This document shows positions 26,833-40,190 of a stretch of 64,000 bases of DNA, in pieces. The translations under genes were made by a program, and so were the position numbers. Location: assembly GCA_951406725.2 (NCBI GenBank), contig OX597817.1:174716001-174780000 (forward strand), read 5' to 3'. A model generated the notes under the pieces. It worked only from the letters and a program-made list of their open reading frames with translations. It had not been told where the DNA came from and did no database searches. This DNA is from Octopus vulgaris (Eukaryota). Position 1 is the first letter of the stretch. Each line of letters starts with the position of its first letter.

Positions 26833-28324
26833 TGATGATGATAATGATAAAAAAAATCTTAGTGTTACTAGTGTGTCTGACAAACTAATATAAAATGATG
26901 TATCAATGCAGAAACGGAAACGTTTACAAAAAATAACAATAAATAAAAGTAGATAGTAAAGTGAAGGAAAAAAACAACAACAGGCAGAAAGGTCAATATT
27001 TTGAGAAGATATTTTTGTTGTTGTTGGTAGTGTTTTGTATTCTTTTTTTTCAGTAGACATGTCTTAATTAGTAGGAAATCAATTTGGATGCAAAATAATT
27101 TGTTTCCTCAGGTGAGGGAAGGACAGGTAAGAAACAATTGAAAGTGAAGAAATTGGGAATGGATAAATAAAATAGAAAGCCAAACTGAATCGCTCCTCAT
27201 AATGGAACCATTCAGACATTTCTATAAAACGTGGAATTAATTATGCTATGAGAACCAATTTTCTAGAAATAATCTTGCCAAGATTTCTTTTTACTTTTCT
27301 TGAAGTTTAGCTGGTGGCTAAGACTAAGGAAGCATCTATTGGAAGAAAGTAACTGTATTAAAAGATATTTCTATGGCACTATTATTTGCTGGGACAGTGC
27401 ATTTGTATGCTGCACATAGATTTGGTAAATTCTGGAAGAGATGTTAGGATCAACCTCGCTGAATAATAAAGTTATCTGGTATTAATCAGATTAACTATAA
27501 TTTACTTGTATGAATGTGGAAGGTGGCCAGAAAGGTATAAAAATCACTTTGGTATACTAACTGTTACCTACTTTATATTTGTATCATTTGAAGGTCGTGA
27601 AGAGAAATGGTTGCAAAGCTATGATAGTACAAATTTTGTTATTAAATTTGTTTTCTGTCGTATTTCTTCCTTCCTTTGGCACTAACCTTGTCCTTCCTTC
27701 TTTCCTTCAGTCACTATCAACTTTATGGAATTCTCTCCTCACTCACATTTTCCCTAAAGGTCACATTATCTTTCAGATACACAAGCGGAACATAAACTGA
27801 ATTGATCTCATCGAGCTCAAAGGTTTTATTATGTTATATGGGCACTGCTCTCTCCTCAAGACCAGTAAAGCAAAATCAAGCAAAGAGACATCAAAAAGAA
27901 CAATAAAACAAGGTCAGTTTTGTATGCAGACAGTTATATAAAAATTAACACAACCCCATGATATAACTGGTATTTTCTTTATTTTTAAGGGATAAAACTG
28001 TGAACAGATTTTGAAATAATTACCTACCTGTAATTATCTTTTAATTAGAATAAAAAGTCAATATAGAAAGCGATTAGATGAGCATCTTGGTGTCATGAGT
28101 TCAAGCCTTCAGGGATTTCATTGTGTCTCTAAATGAAATGTCTAATTCTGTTTGCTTACATATTGGAGCTAAGTATCAGGTTTTCAGAGAATGTAACCAT
28201 TCATGCTACCATTTAATCCAAACAGCAGAAGCATTTATTTTACATTCCATTTTGTGTTATATTAATCTGGAGTTTTGCACCAATATATCGAGTTTCTCTG
28301 GTTTTGCCCTGCTTTGACATAAGT

Positions 28325-28545
28325 AAGAATGGATGAATGAAAGAATGAATGAATGAATTAATTAATGAATTAATACATGAGTGAATGATAGCATGAATGA
28401 ATGAATGAATGAATGAATAAGTGAATAAATGAAAGAATACAGAAATGAATGAATGGATCCAAGAATGAATGACTGCATGGATGAATTATGAATGAATGAA
28501 TTAATTAATGCATAAATGAATGAGTGCATGAATGAATGAGTGAAC
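28325..28545 (+). repeat. Degenerate (GAAT)n array
   Basis: Directly visible. Confidence 0.85.
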
Positions 28546-28974
28546 AAGTCCATCCATATGATTGAGAATCTTGGGCCGCAGTATAACCTCTACTCTTTGC
28601 CACAAACTGTATTCTCTTCCTGCAGTTCTACCTCCTGCCAGGGTCCTTCACAACCAGTCTCTGATGTCATAATTCCATCCTCAGCTCTGTCTCCCATGAG
28701 CCTGTTTTCTATACCTCCAGTCCCCGAAGATGTGGGTATTGAGGGTTGGAGCCTTGGTAGCATGGCCAAAATATTGGTTTCCAACAAGTGCTGGGAAGGA
28801 TTTAAGTTGATTACATCGATCCCAGTATATATCTGGTATTTATTTTATTGACTCCCAAAGGATGAAAGGCAAAGTTGATCTTAGTAGAATTTGAACTCAA
28901 AATGTAAGGATGGACCAAAAGCTGCTAAGCATCTTACCTGATGTGTGAACACTTCTGCCAGCTCATCACCTTTA

Positions 28975-29303
28975 ACATGACCAAAAAGCACCATTAAAAA
29001 GCACCATTTGAGTGTGGTGATTGCTAATGCTGCCTGACTGGCTCCTGTGCTGGTGGCATGTACAAAGCATCATTCAAGCATGGTCAAAGCCAGTACCACC
29101 TGACTGGCTCCCATGCCACTGACATGTAAAAAGCACCCACTACACTTTTGGAGTGGTTGGTGTTAGGAAGGGCATCCAGCCGTAGAAACCTTGCCAGACC
29201 ACAATGGAGCCTGATGTGGCCATCTTGGCTTGCCAGTCCTCAGTCAAACCGTCCAACCCATGCTAGCATGGAAAGCAGACATTAAATGACGAGGATGATG
29301 ATG
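28975..29303 (+). mobile_element. RTE 3' UTR fragment
   Basis: AAAAAGCACC units and the CCATGCTAGCATGGAAAGCAGAC tail. Confidence 0.85.
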
Positions 29304-29424
29304 AAAATATTGTAGCTTTCATTGTCTGGCCATTGTCCCCTATTTTTGTTCCATTTCCAGCTCCTCTAGCCTTCACTTGTTCATTCTGTGGATCATATAA
29401 TGAAATTAATTGAAGGGAAAGAAC

Positions 29425-29618
29425 CAGGGGCGTATATTCCGGATGTGCTTAGGATGCAGTCCACACCCATTGAAAATGGCAAATTCATTATAAACGTTAA
29501 GCTTACTCATTAATTTAATCACAAATCTTAATGGAAAGCTTTTGTTATACGCTTGCTTGAAATTTGGTGTCATTGGGTGTGACATCACACCCAATACATC
29601 AAGCACCATATACCACTG
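29425..29618. mobile_element. hAT-type MITE with 8-bp TSD
   Basis: CAGGGGCGTA...TATACCACTG flanked by GAAAGAAC at 29417-29424 and 29619-29626. Confidence 0.88.
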
Positions 29619-29772
29619 GAAAGAACTAGTTCTAATCAGATAACTGTGCCACCAACATCCTGCCAGAACATTATCATTAAGATGTTCTGATGGTGGGAGA
29701 TAGGAAATAAAACAATAAAACCAGGATTCTGCAAAGGAATTTATTATTTCTAAATTTACTTATCATTTATCA

Positions 29773-29949
29773 TAGGTGCAGGAGTGGCTGTGTGGTAAGT
29801 AGCTTGCTTACCAGCCACATGGTTCTGGATTCAGTCCCACTGCGTGGCACCTTGGTCAAGTATCTTCTACTATAGCCTTGGGCCGACCAAAGCCTTGTGA
29901 GTGGATTTAGTTGACGGAAACTGAAAGAAGCCCATCGTATATATGTATT

Positions 29950-29984
<35 letters not shown>

Positions 29985-30195
29985 ATATGTTTGTGTGTCT
30001 GTGTCCCCCCAGCATTGCTTGTCAACCGATGTTGGTGTGTTTACATCCCTGTAACTTAGCAGTTCAACAAAAGAGACTGATAGAAAAGTACTAGGCTTAC
30101 AAAGAATAAGTCCTGGGGTCGATTTGCTTGACTAAAGGTAGTGCTTCAGCATGGCCGCAGTCAGTTGACTGAAACAAGTAAAAGAGTAAAAGAGT
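29773..30195 (+). mobile_element. SINE family A
   Basis: Full-length copy. Confidence 0.9.
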
Positions 30196-30754
30196 ATTCC
30201 AGCTGTTGTTCTTATTAAAGGTGAGTTCCTTTTCAGAAGAAAATTATTTATCATTGCTATTCTATCCTGACAGATCCATGCCTTGTTCTTAATTAACATT
30301 GTTGTGTGTGTGTGTGTGTGTGTGCATGAGTGAGGCCTTGCCTCGACATCACATGATAGGTGTAAACAAGTGTCACTGTCATACAAGCAGTGTCTTTAAT
30401 TTCCAATCTTCCTTGAAAACATGGAAAATATTGAGGGAAATATTACCATATTTAGAAACAGGTGAGGGTTTGCAACAGGAGGGGCATCCAGCAGTAGAAG
30501 TTCTGCTTTAACAGTTTCTGTTCAACCCACACAAGCATGGAAAAATGGATGTTAAAACAATGACGAAAGAGAAATGGGTGAATGAAAGAGAGAAGAGAAC
30601 TGAATTCCTAGGCAGAGAGTGACTAGTGTTTTGGGTAAATATGTGAATGTTTGCCTGTGAGTTTGTATAGGATGCTTGGCCTAAAGAAAAAAAAACACAA
30701 TACCCCACATCCAAAAATAAAGTATTAAAATCAAAAAATATCAACTAAATTATG

Positions 30755-31467
30755 ACTACTCAGAGTAGCAGCCCTGAGCTTCCACCACAGCCTCAAGACA
30801 TGCATTCCTCACTCTGTCCCTGAGAAGATCTTTGAATGTCTCCTGGATCTTGGCCTCGATGTTGCAGGCAGAGTGGTTGGTGTCTTTCTCAATTGCAGTC
30901 CACACATAGTAATCCATGAGATTACAATCAAGGGAATTAGGAGGCAAGAAATTGGAGCTTTTGAGGTTGTTGAAATTTTCTGACAATCACATCTGACTCT
31001 TTTCAGAGGTATGGCAAAGAGCCAAATCCTGCTGCCACACATATGACTTTTCAGTAGCAGCACTTTATGACCAGGATTTGACCACAATCTCTAGCAGCCT
31101 CGCATAACCATCTGAATTGAGCTTAAGGTCCCGTTCAAAGATGTGGGAATGACTTCTGGCATGTGAACACAGTCAAAATACCTGCTGAGGTTCTTTCTGC
31201 TGTCCATGTTATGTCTTACAGCCTTTGCAGTGTTCACAGAGCACTGAGCAGAAGTCGTGATGCTGGCATTTTGGTACCTGGCACAAATCAGCATGATACA
31301 GGTAACTCTTCTCCAGTATTCAAATAGCTTCCAGCCCTCCATGTCAGCTACCTTTTGCTCAACTACAACTTCAGTTTTTATGCTTTCCAAAGTTATTGAC
31401 TGTTCAACAATACATCAAGCTGTTTCTGAAAAAAGGAAACAAAAAATCATCAAATTTAACCCAAACT

Positions 31468-31472
<5 letters not shown>
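30755..31472 (-). mobile_element. Decayed Tc1/mariner-superfamily transposon
   Basis: FLPPNSLDCNLMDYYVW matches the WPPNSPDLNPLDYYVW motif. Homologous to 51975-52646. Confidence 0.78.
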
Positions 31473-31505
<33 letters not shown>

Positions 31506-31622
31506 ATGTACATACATCTACACAAGGTTAAATCTATACTCATATCAAAGTACACATACACTTACATGCCCACGCACACACATGAATATATGTATGCATG
31601 TGTTTATGTACTTCTCTGTCAC

Positions 31623-31695
<73 letters not shown>

Positions 31696-31724
31696 ATGTA
31701 TGTATATGTATGTATGTATATATA

Positions 31725-32100
31725 GTGCAGGCATGGCTGTGTGGTAAGAAGTCTGCTTTCCAACCACTTGATTCCAGGTTCAGTCCCACTGTGTGGTACC
31801 TTGGATAAGTGCTACTATAGTCTCAAGCCAACCAAAGCCTTGTGGGTGGACTTGGTAGATAGAAACTGAAGCAAGCCTGCCATTTGTATATGCATATATA
31901 TATTTATGTGTGTGTGGTTTGTCCATCCACCATTGCTTGACAAACTACGTTGGTATGTTTACATCCCTGTAACTTAACGGTTTGACAAAAGAGACCGACA
32001 GAATAAGTACTAGGCTTACAAAGAATAATTCCTGGTGCTCCATCATGGCTGCAGTCAAATGACTGAAGCAAGTAAAAAAAAGTCAAAAAAATAGAATAAA
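31725..32100 (+). mobile_element. SINE family A
   Basis: Head, core and tail recognisable. Confidence 0.85.
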
Positions 32101-32848
32101 GGAGTATCTATGCATTCATTTATTTTACATTCATAAAAATTACTGAGTAGCGCTGGAGAGTGATTTGTGATGTTTGGCGTACATGAGAGATAAAGCAATA
32201 AAGCCACATTACTGTAGCACATTGACCACACCAGGCTATAAAAATCCAACGTTTTAGACTGCAGTAGAAACAGTGCAATGCAAAGCAAAGCATTGCACAA
32301 GATCTTTGTGGTTTATGATAATACTCTTAACTGGTGTGACCTTGCTTGCAGTTTGATAATTTGGATCTGTATTGCATAGCTTACTGATTAAGTTGCATCA
32401 CTGCCTTGTTTGTTGGAGCTGCAACCTGCTCTCTCATTCTTCTATTCCTCTGTTCTGTTATACTGCTATTATGTAATTCTGGTTGTTGTTTGTTGTTTTC
32501 TAGCTGTTATTGTTTCTGTATTTGTCAGAGTAATGAGGATTTTGATTGGTTGCCTTTGTTCCTTAATATTGTTTTCTATTGTCGTTGTTGTTGTTGTTTC
32601 TTTCTTGTTTTATTTATTTATTTATTTTTTGGTTCTGTATCAATTTGTGAGCAATAGTATCATCGGTTATCGATATCTAGCTGATCAATCACCGGTTCAG
32701 TGCCTTTGTGATAGCGAGAGTGATAAGGGAACAGCTAACCTGATGCAAGGGGACTTCATAAAGCACTTGTTTTGTTTTTGGTTTTCTCACTGATGTTTAT
32801 GTCCTCTGCTGATGTAAATCAGCAAAGGTTACACAGATAAATACTTGT

Positions 32849-32880
<32 letters not shown>

Positions 32881-32986
32881 GTGTGGCATCATTCAAAGCT
32901 ACAAAAATGTGACGAAATGCCTTATGACCAGTGGTGTATAACACCATGCAATAGTTGGGTTGATACAGAGGTACACCCACACACAT

Positions 32987-33087
<101 letters not shown>

Positions 33088-33159
33088 TAGATATAGATAT
33101 ATATGCATGTATCTATATATATATACATGCATGCACACACACACATATATATATATAAA

Positions 33160-33197
<38 letters not shown>

Positions 33198-33731
33198 ATA
33201 GATAGATATGCATGTATCTATATATTATATATATACATGCACACACACACACACACACATATATACTACCTTTAATCAGCAGAAGCCGCAAAGTGACTTA
33301 AGGGGTGAGAGTCTTATATTTGGCAAACTTATACATAAGTATGTATGTGTGTGATTTTGTGTGTGCGTGTTTATGTATGTGAATGCCCTCTTCTTCTTGG
33401 AAATGGTAGAGCTGATGCCATCTCCACTGGGGTATTCTCACCTCACTTGTATCTTTTTTTCATCTCCTTTGTATTATCAACACCCACCAAGCCCTACCCT
33501 AATCACTTGTGTCTACTCCTTCCTTCTTACGATGCTGGTTTACTGGAATTTCCTCCCTTTTCATGTTTTCCCTTCACACTGTATTGACTAGGAAAGCCTG
33601 TGACAGCCATCAGCAATGCCTCTTCTTCCAAATCCAGCAAGTGAAAAGAAAATAATAATTGGATATGCATCAAATTTTTTTTTATCTGGTGTCCCAATAT
33701 CCTGTGAATTCAGCTAGCCATGAACTACCAG

Positions 33732-34154
33732 CAGTGGTGTATGGTGGTTGTTGTATTGGGTGTGCTTCCACACCCAATTCCACCAAATTTCAAGCGGAGG
33801 TATAACAAAAATTTCCCATTAAGATTTGTGATTAAATTAACAAGTAAGGTTAATATTTATAATGAAACCGGCGAGCTGGCAGAAACGTTAGCACGCCGGG
33901 CAAAATGCATAGCCGTATTTCATCTGCCGTTACGTTCTGAGTTCAAATTCCGCTGAGGTCGACTTTGCCTTTCATCCTTTCGGGGTCGATAAATTAAGTA
34001 CCAGTTACGCACTGGGGTCGATATAATCGACTTGATCCATTTGTCCTTGTTTGTCCCCTCTGTGATTAGCCCTTTGTGGGTATTAAAGGAACAGAATTTG
34101 CCATTTTCTATAGGTGTGCTGTACACATTGCCACACCCAGAGTACACACCCTTG
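33732..34154. mobile_element. hAT-type MITE (same family as 29425) with 8-bp TSD, interrupted by a SINE
   Basis: CAGTGGTGTA...TACACACCCTTG flanked by ACTACCAG at 33724-33731 and 34155-34162. Confidence 0.88.
33868..34092 (+). mobile_element. Young SINE family B nested in the MITE
   Basis: GGCGAGCTGGCAGAAACGTTAGCACGCCGGG...GAGTTCAAATTCC...AGCCCTTTGTGGG tail. Confidence 0.9.
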
Positions 34155-34279
34155 ACTACCAGTCATTTACTTGAGTCATTTCACTCAACTATATCTCTTT
34201 ACCAAGACATTGGCACAATCCATATTGGTGAAACACACTGTAATTGATGCACGACTCAAATTAGTGCTGCACAACTTAA

Positions 34280-34499
34280 CCTTTTAGCATTCAGATTATT
34301 CTGTCAAATACAATGCTTCTTCATTTCCCATTGATGTGAATTAATCATGCATTATCTCATATCTTTGAAATTTCAATGAGGTAATTGCTTACGCTTTCAA
34401 TGACATTGTTAGAGGTGTGAGAGGTCAGATCTGACCAGTTTGAACATAAAGCAAGTAACAAATTGGGGGCTGGGTATGTGTGGTTTAAATGCTAAAGGG
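34280..34499. mobile_element. TTAA-flanked MITE
   Basis: TTAA|CCTTTTAGCATT ... AATGCTAAAGGG|TTAA; homolog of 21047-21267. Confidence 0.85.
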
Positions 34500-34786
34500 T
34501 TAAACTGGTGCTTAACCCTAATGACTCAAATTTTGGAAGAACTTAAATTGATGCACTACATAAATTGGTGTTCAACCCAAATAAAAGCACAATTTATATA
34601 TGCATATATGTATATCCCTAAATGATGTGTGACACAAATTATGCAGAACTCAAGTTGCTCTTCAAACCTATTTGGGTTGAACAGTGATTTGAGTTCTGCA
34701 TAATTGTTAGTGTAATTTTGGAGGGGATTATAAAGACGTAATCTTTTATTTTTGAAATATTTGATGAAATGTAAAATGATTATGAA

Positions 34787-35085
34787 TATGGCTGTATGGT
34801 CAAGAAGTTCACTTTGCAACCATATGGCTTCAGGTTCAGTCCCACTGTATGGCACCTCATGCAAGTGTCTTCTGCTATAGCCCTGGGCCAACTAATACCT
34901 TGTAATTGAATTAGCAGAGTGAAACTGTGTAGAAGCCTCCTCTGTGTGTGTGTGTGTTTAAATAGTGACTGTGTTTAAATAAATAACAGATTCAAACAGA
35001 AAAATAAGTCCTGGGGGCAATTGTTCGACTGAAACCTTTTAAGGCAATTCCAATCCAATGATTGAAACAAGTAAAAGAAGATAAA
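34787..35085 (+). mobile_element. Diverged SINE family A
   Basis: GGTTCAGTCCCACTG...CAAGTGTCTTCTGCTATAGCC...GAAACAAGTAAAAG. Confidence 0.75.
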
Positions 35086-36633
35086 ATGAAAATGTCATTC
35101 ATTAAGCAATTGACACAGAAGTATTTCAGCCATCAGTTACTATCAAGTGTAACTTGATAGACTGTGCCATGGTTCTGCTTATTGTTTTAGATGCCCATGG
35201 GGTCACGGTTCTCCTGAATTTCATCTTCTGAAAACAACGTGTCTATTTTGTGCTTAATAAACTCTATGTCTCTAGAATTGTATCTTGAAGCTTTTTGTGA
35301 TTGGTTTGTGCTTAGAGATCTTGATGTCTGGAAGTAGTTCACAAGCAGGTTGAGACACCCTTTCAGCACTCACATCTTTCTTTAGTGGTAAGTCCAGGAT
35401 GTGATACCTGGAGGGGAAGACGGTTGTATCAGCACTAGACCGGTACATTTTTTTTAATGACCCCAAAAAAGATCAATGATAAAGTTACCTTGGCAGGATT
35501 TGAACTCACAGTGTAGAAAGCAAGAACGAATGTTGCAATGCAACATCTGATACTTTAGTAACTTTACCATTTAGCAACTCTACCTTAAACATGTGCTTTA
35601 CTTCCTTACTTGCTATTGGTGGCCCGTCACATGTGATGACAGCATCATTCCAGGACATTCATCCTCCTCCACCTCCAGCATATTGTTTCTTATGATAGTG
35701 GATGAGGCTGACAAGATTGATGCAAGATAGGCAGATTCTGTGGCACTGAGGGGCCCTGAAAATGACACTGAACAACAGCTATAACAAGTTGATGACAATG
35801 TCTCCTCCTCTTTACGTGCAATCTCTTGTGTTTGGTTTCCAAACACCTTTCTTCAGCATCACACAGAAACTTCCATGCCTTCTGATTAATTGCCAGGGTT
35901 TCCAGCCAATTGGGAGGGACACTGCATATGCAATAACATAAGTGCTATGATACAACATTTATCATAAACAAAAATTAAAGAATATTTCTCCAAAAAATAT
36001 ATCAAATTATTGGAAAATTGTTTTATATTTAAATATAAAAAGAAAAAAAAGAAAAAGTTGGAGATGCAGAGGGATTATTGATTTACTATAATGGATGCTG
36101 GTGGTAAAAAGTTGGGAAATGCAGGCTCCTCATGGTCGCTTGACCTGTTAGAAATAACAGCCTAATCTTCTTCGTTTGAGGTGCAATAGTGGGTCTCTGT
36201 TGTTTGATGATGAAGACCCATCCATTTTCTCTGTCCACTATTCCTGCAAGAGTCATGGAGGTAGAGTTCTCAGACACCTCCTCTATAGTGTCCTATAAGA
36301 AGCAAGTGTCATTTTGTTTCCTGGCTGAATTCCCAAGCATGACCAATTGAAACTATGGATATTTTTCAACCATTTCAATTTTAGTCTACCCCTAGGTAGC
36401 TTGGCTTGAAGAATCCACCTTGAAGAATCCACTTTATGATTCTTTCCTGAGTAATCTGCTATTGAATTGATGTGCGAGTGGTTAAGCACATCCACGCTTC
36501 ATGTATTTCTCAGTTAGAGTCAGCATGGTACAGTCTATCTTTTGAAAAGCTGTATCTTTCGAATTAAAGGTATAATCCACTCAAGAGGCTTCTATACAGT
36601 TTCCATCTACCCGATTTCACTCATAAGGTATGA

Positions 36634-36950
36634 GTGTGGAGGCACATGGCCTAGTGGTTAGAGCAAGCAGACTCGCAATGGAGGGATCGTGGGTTTGAAT
36701 CTCAGACCGGGCAATGTGTGTGTTTATGAGTGAAACACCAAAGCTCCACATGGCTCCGGCAGAAGGTAACGGTGAAATTCTGCTGACTCTTTTGACACAA
36801 TTTTTTCTCACTCTTTCCTCCTGCATCTTGCAGCTCACCTGCGACGGACCAGCGTCCTGTCAATTTGGGGAACCTATACGCCAAAGAAACCGGGAAACTG
36901 GCCCTTATAAGACAGGCATGGCTCAAGAAGGAACAAACAACAACAACAAC
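36634..36950 (+). mobile_element. SINE family C, full length, nested in a minus-strand SINE A remnant
   Basis: Head GTGGAGGCACATGGCCTAGTGG, B-box GGTTTGAATCT and tail ACGGACCAGCGTCCTGTC...GGCATGGCTCAAGAAGGAACA(AAC)n. Confidence 0.88.
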
Positions 36951-37084
36951 TAAAGGTATGAGTCTACCTGAGGCTATAAAATAGTTATATTTTCCCAAGA
37001 TGCTATACAGTGGGATCTTACCTGAGACTTCATGGTTGTGAAGCAGAAGTCCTAACCATTCATCTGTATTGTGACTATATTTCT

Positions 37085-37355
37085 ACATATCATGGGATCA
37101 TGTGACTAACCAGACTATTAGATATCATTACAAATTGCTGGTTGCAATGCACTTTGCATCGTTATAGCGTTCAAATGGCACCACCCAACTGGCTAGGCAA
37201 GCAGGCCAACACTCCTCCCTGATTGAAAGAAGGACTGGAACAACATGAAATGAAGTGTTTTGCTCAAGAACACAATGTGTTGCTCAAGCTGGGAATCGAA
37301 CCCATGATCATAAGTGCAACAGCCTAACCACTAAGCCATGTGCTTTCACTTCTAC
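37085..37355 (-). mobile_element. tRNA/CORE SINE with another tail variant
   Basis: Head and CORE-like TCTTGAGCAAAACACTTCA on the minus strand; the tail differs from 15975. Confidence 0.72.
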
Positions 37356-37820
37356 ATATACTGCATGAAAAAGAATACAAAAAAAAAGCAAACAAAAAAG
37401 CAAAAATGGGGTGGTCATTGATGGAATGTCTTTCATCGTAGGTTTGCTCAATAAATGCAGAAGTAGGGTTAAGCAACAACAACAACAACATTGATTTCTT
37501 GAAAACAAAGTTTGTTTTAGAAATTGGAAGCTAGGCTAATGATGTTAATCTGCATCATCATAAATGAATTCTTACATTGGCACAAGGCCAAAAATGTCTG
37601 CAGTCAATTGAATTGAGTCTAGTCCCTGCTGGTGTTTGTTTTTATCGACCCTGGTCAGATGAAAGCCCAACTTGACCTCGGAGGTCAGCTTTGAGACTGC
37701 AGAAAATAAAAGTAAAAATTGCTGGATGAAATGAAATACTTATGGCAATTAATCTGTTGGCCTACCATTTATTTCTTTTACATATACAATTATGCATATC
37801 TATATGTGTGTGTGTGTATA

Positions 37821-38062
<242 letters not shown>

Positions 38063-38233
38063 TACATACATATGTACCATTGTTATCATCATTCATCATT
38101 TAATGTCCGTTTTCCATGCTAGCTTGGGAGCTTGGGTATAGGTTGGACAGTTCAGCAAGGGCTGAAGGACCATAGGACTGCATCAAGCTTGCACACTCAG
38201 CATCATCCCTTCCTCTTTAAATATATATATATA

Positions 38234-38360
38234 TATATAATATTAATTAGAGACAAAACCACATTTTGCAAACAAACAAGGAAAGACTTTTATGTATTGA
38301 TTAAGTCTTTCCTTGTTTGTTTTGCAAAATAGTGGTTTTGTCTCTAATTAATATTATATA
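38234..38360. repeat. Near-perfect palindrome (~56-bp arms, 13-nt loop)
   Basis: TAATATTAATTAGAGACAAAACCACATTTTGCAAACAAACAAGGAAAGACTT / AAGTCTTTCCTTGTTTGTTTTGCAAAATAGTGGTTTTGTCTCTAATTAATATTA. Confidence 0.95.
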
Positions 38361-38437
38361 ATATTTTACTATAAAATTGGATTTAATCCTAAATCTGATT
38401 TTTTTTCCCTGTAAATTTGGATTTATTCCCTAATATT

Positions 38438-38525
<88 letters not shown>

Positions 38526-39019
38526 GTATATATATATATATTCATGCATGCAAACATACATATGCTCATGTATATAGATCATAGGGCATCAAGCTATAAA
38601 ATCTATGCCAAAGCTGACATTAGAGCTCAACACAGCCCTGTGGGTCACCAGATCCTGTTAAACCATTCAACTCATGCAAACATGCCAACATGGAAAAGAG
38701 ACATTAAATAATATAGATGATGACGATGATGGTGATGTGTACATGTATATATACACATGATCATTATAAAACTGGAGATTTGGTTGTAAGAAAAATCTAT
38801 TATTATTATTATTACGTCATAAAGATTATGTAATTCATGATGTAATTAATGATGTAATGGTAAAAAAAAATGTTGCTTTTATCGAATCTCTAGTCTTACT
38901 TGGATATACACTCTGAAATCTATTTAAATAATATAAAGCTAAACGAAAATCAGAGAACAAATGATGTTTAATACCTAACTGCTAGTTGGACAGATATAGA
39001 TTTACATGAAGATCTAAGT

Positions 39020-39283
39020 CAGTGGTTCTAAACCAAGATCCACATGGCCCTTGAGGGTCCTTATAACATTTGCTGTTAAAATTTATGTGCATAAATTGGT
39101 TATATTTGTACAATAAACAAAATATTTTAATAATTTTTTTGTTTTTAAAACAATTCCTAATAATATTTAATTATAAAATATAATGGGACTATTTTTAAAC
39201 ATTGAATATTTATTAGGGTCCAGGAGAGTAAAACAGGAATCAAAGGGGTCCATAGGTGAAAAAAAAAGGGTTGAGGATCACTG
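39020..39283. mobile_element. hAT-type MITE with 8-bp TSD
   Basis: CAGTGGTTCTAAACC...GGTTGAGGATCACTG flanked by ATCTAAGT at 39012-39019 and 39284-39291. Confidence 0.9.
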
Positions 39284-39339
39284 ATCTAAGTAAACGTTAA
39301 CTGTTTCACCGTCTCTTTTAAAATAGTAACTTTTCAACA

Positions 39340-39740
39340 CATCATCATCATCATCATCATCATTTAACATCCGTTGTCCATGCTGGCATGGGTTGGATGG
39401 TGTGACTAGAGCTGGCATGCTGGGGGTAGTGGTGGTGGTGGAGCTGCATCAGACATATGCTTATGTGTGATTTGGCATGGTTTCTATGACTGGATACCCT
39501 TCCTAACACCAACCACTTTACAGCATGTACTGGGTGCTTTTACATGATGCTGCATGGGTGCTTTTACATGTCATCTATGGATCCTTTTATGTGGAACTGC
39601 ATGGGTGCTTTTATGTGGCACCACATGGGTGCTTTTCCGTGGCACTACCATGTGTGCTTTTCCGTGGCACTACCATGTGTGCTTTTCCGTGGCACTACCA
39701 TGGGTGCTTTTCCGTGGCACTACCATGTGTGCTTTACACC
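39340..39740 (-). mobile_element. RTE-type 3' tail with ~24-bp tandem array
   Basis: (CAT)n tail, then repeated GTGCTTTTCCGTGGCACTACCATG units. Confidence 0.82.
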
Positions 39741-39849
39741 ATCAGAAGGATTGGTCTTAACACTTCTGCTGCAGAGTACAATATATATGTGTTTTGTGTA
39801 TATGTATGTATTTATATGCATGTGTGTATTATATATATTTGTATATATG

Positions 39850-40190
39850 GTGTGAAAGTGCATGGCTCAGTGGTTAGAGCGTCGAGCTTATGCTCGTGAG
39901 GTTGTGAGTTTGAATCCTGGACTAGGCTGCGTGTTGTGTTCTTGAGCAAGACATTTTATTTCATGTTGCTCCAGTTCCCTCAGCTGTAGAAATGAGTTGT
40001 GACGTCACTGGTGCCAAACTGTATCGGCCCCTTTGCCTTTCCCTTGGATAACATCACTGGTGTGGAGAGGGGAGGGTGATGTGCATCGGCGACTGCTGGT
40101 CTACCATAAACAACTTTACCTGAACTTGTGCCTGGGAGGGTAACTTTCTAGGTGCAATCCCATGGTCAGTCACGACTGAAGGGGGTCTCA
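39850..40190 (+). mobile_element. tRNA/CORE SINE with a further tail variant
   Basis: TGGCTCAGTGG A-box, GAGTTTGAATCC B-box and TGTGTTCTTGAGCAAGACA core. Confidence 0.8.

Noticed and set aside
36634-36710. tRNA genes at SINE heads (also 120-189, 16150-16222, 39850-39925, 51345-51417)
   Set aside because: A/B boxes continue into SINE bodies, and no intact cloverleaf is evident.
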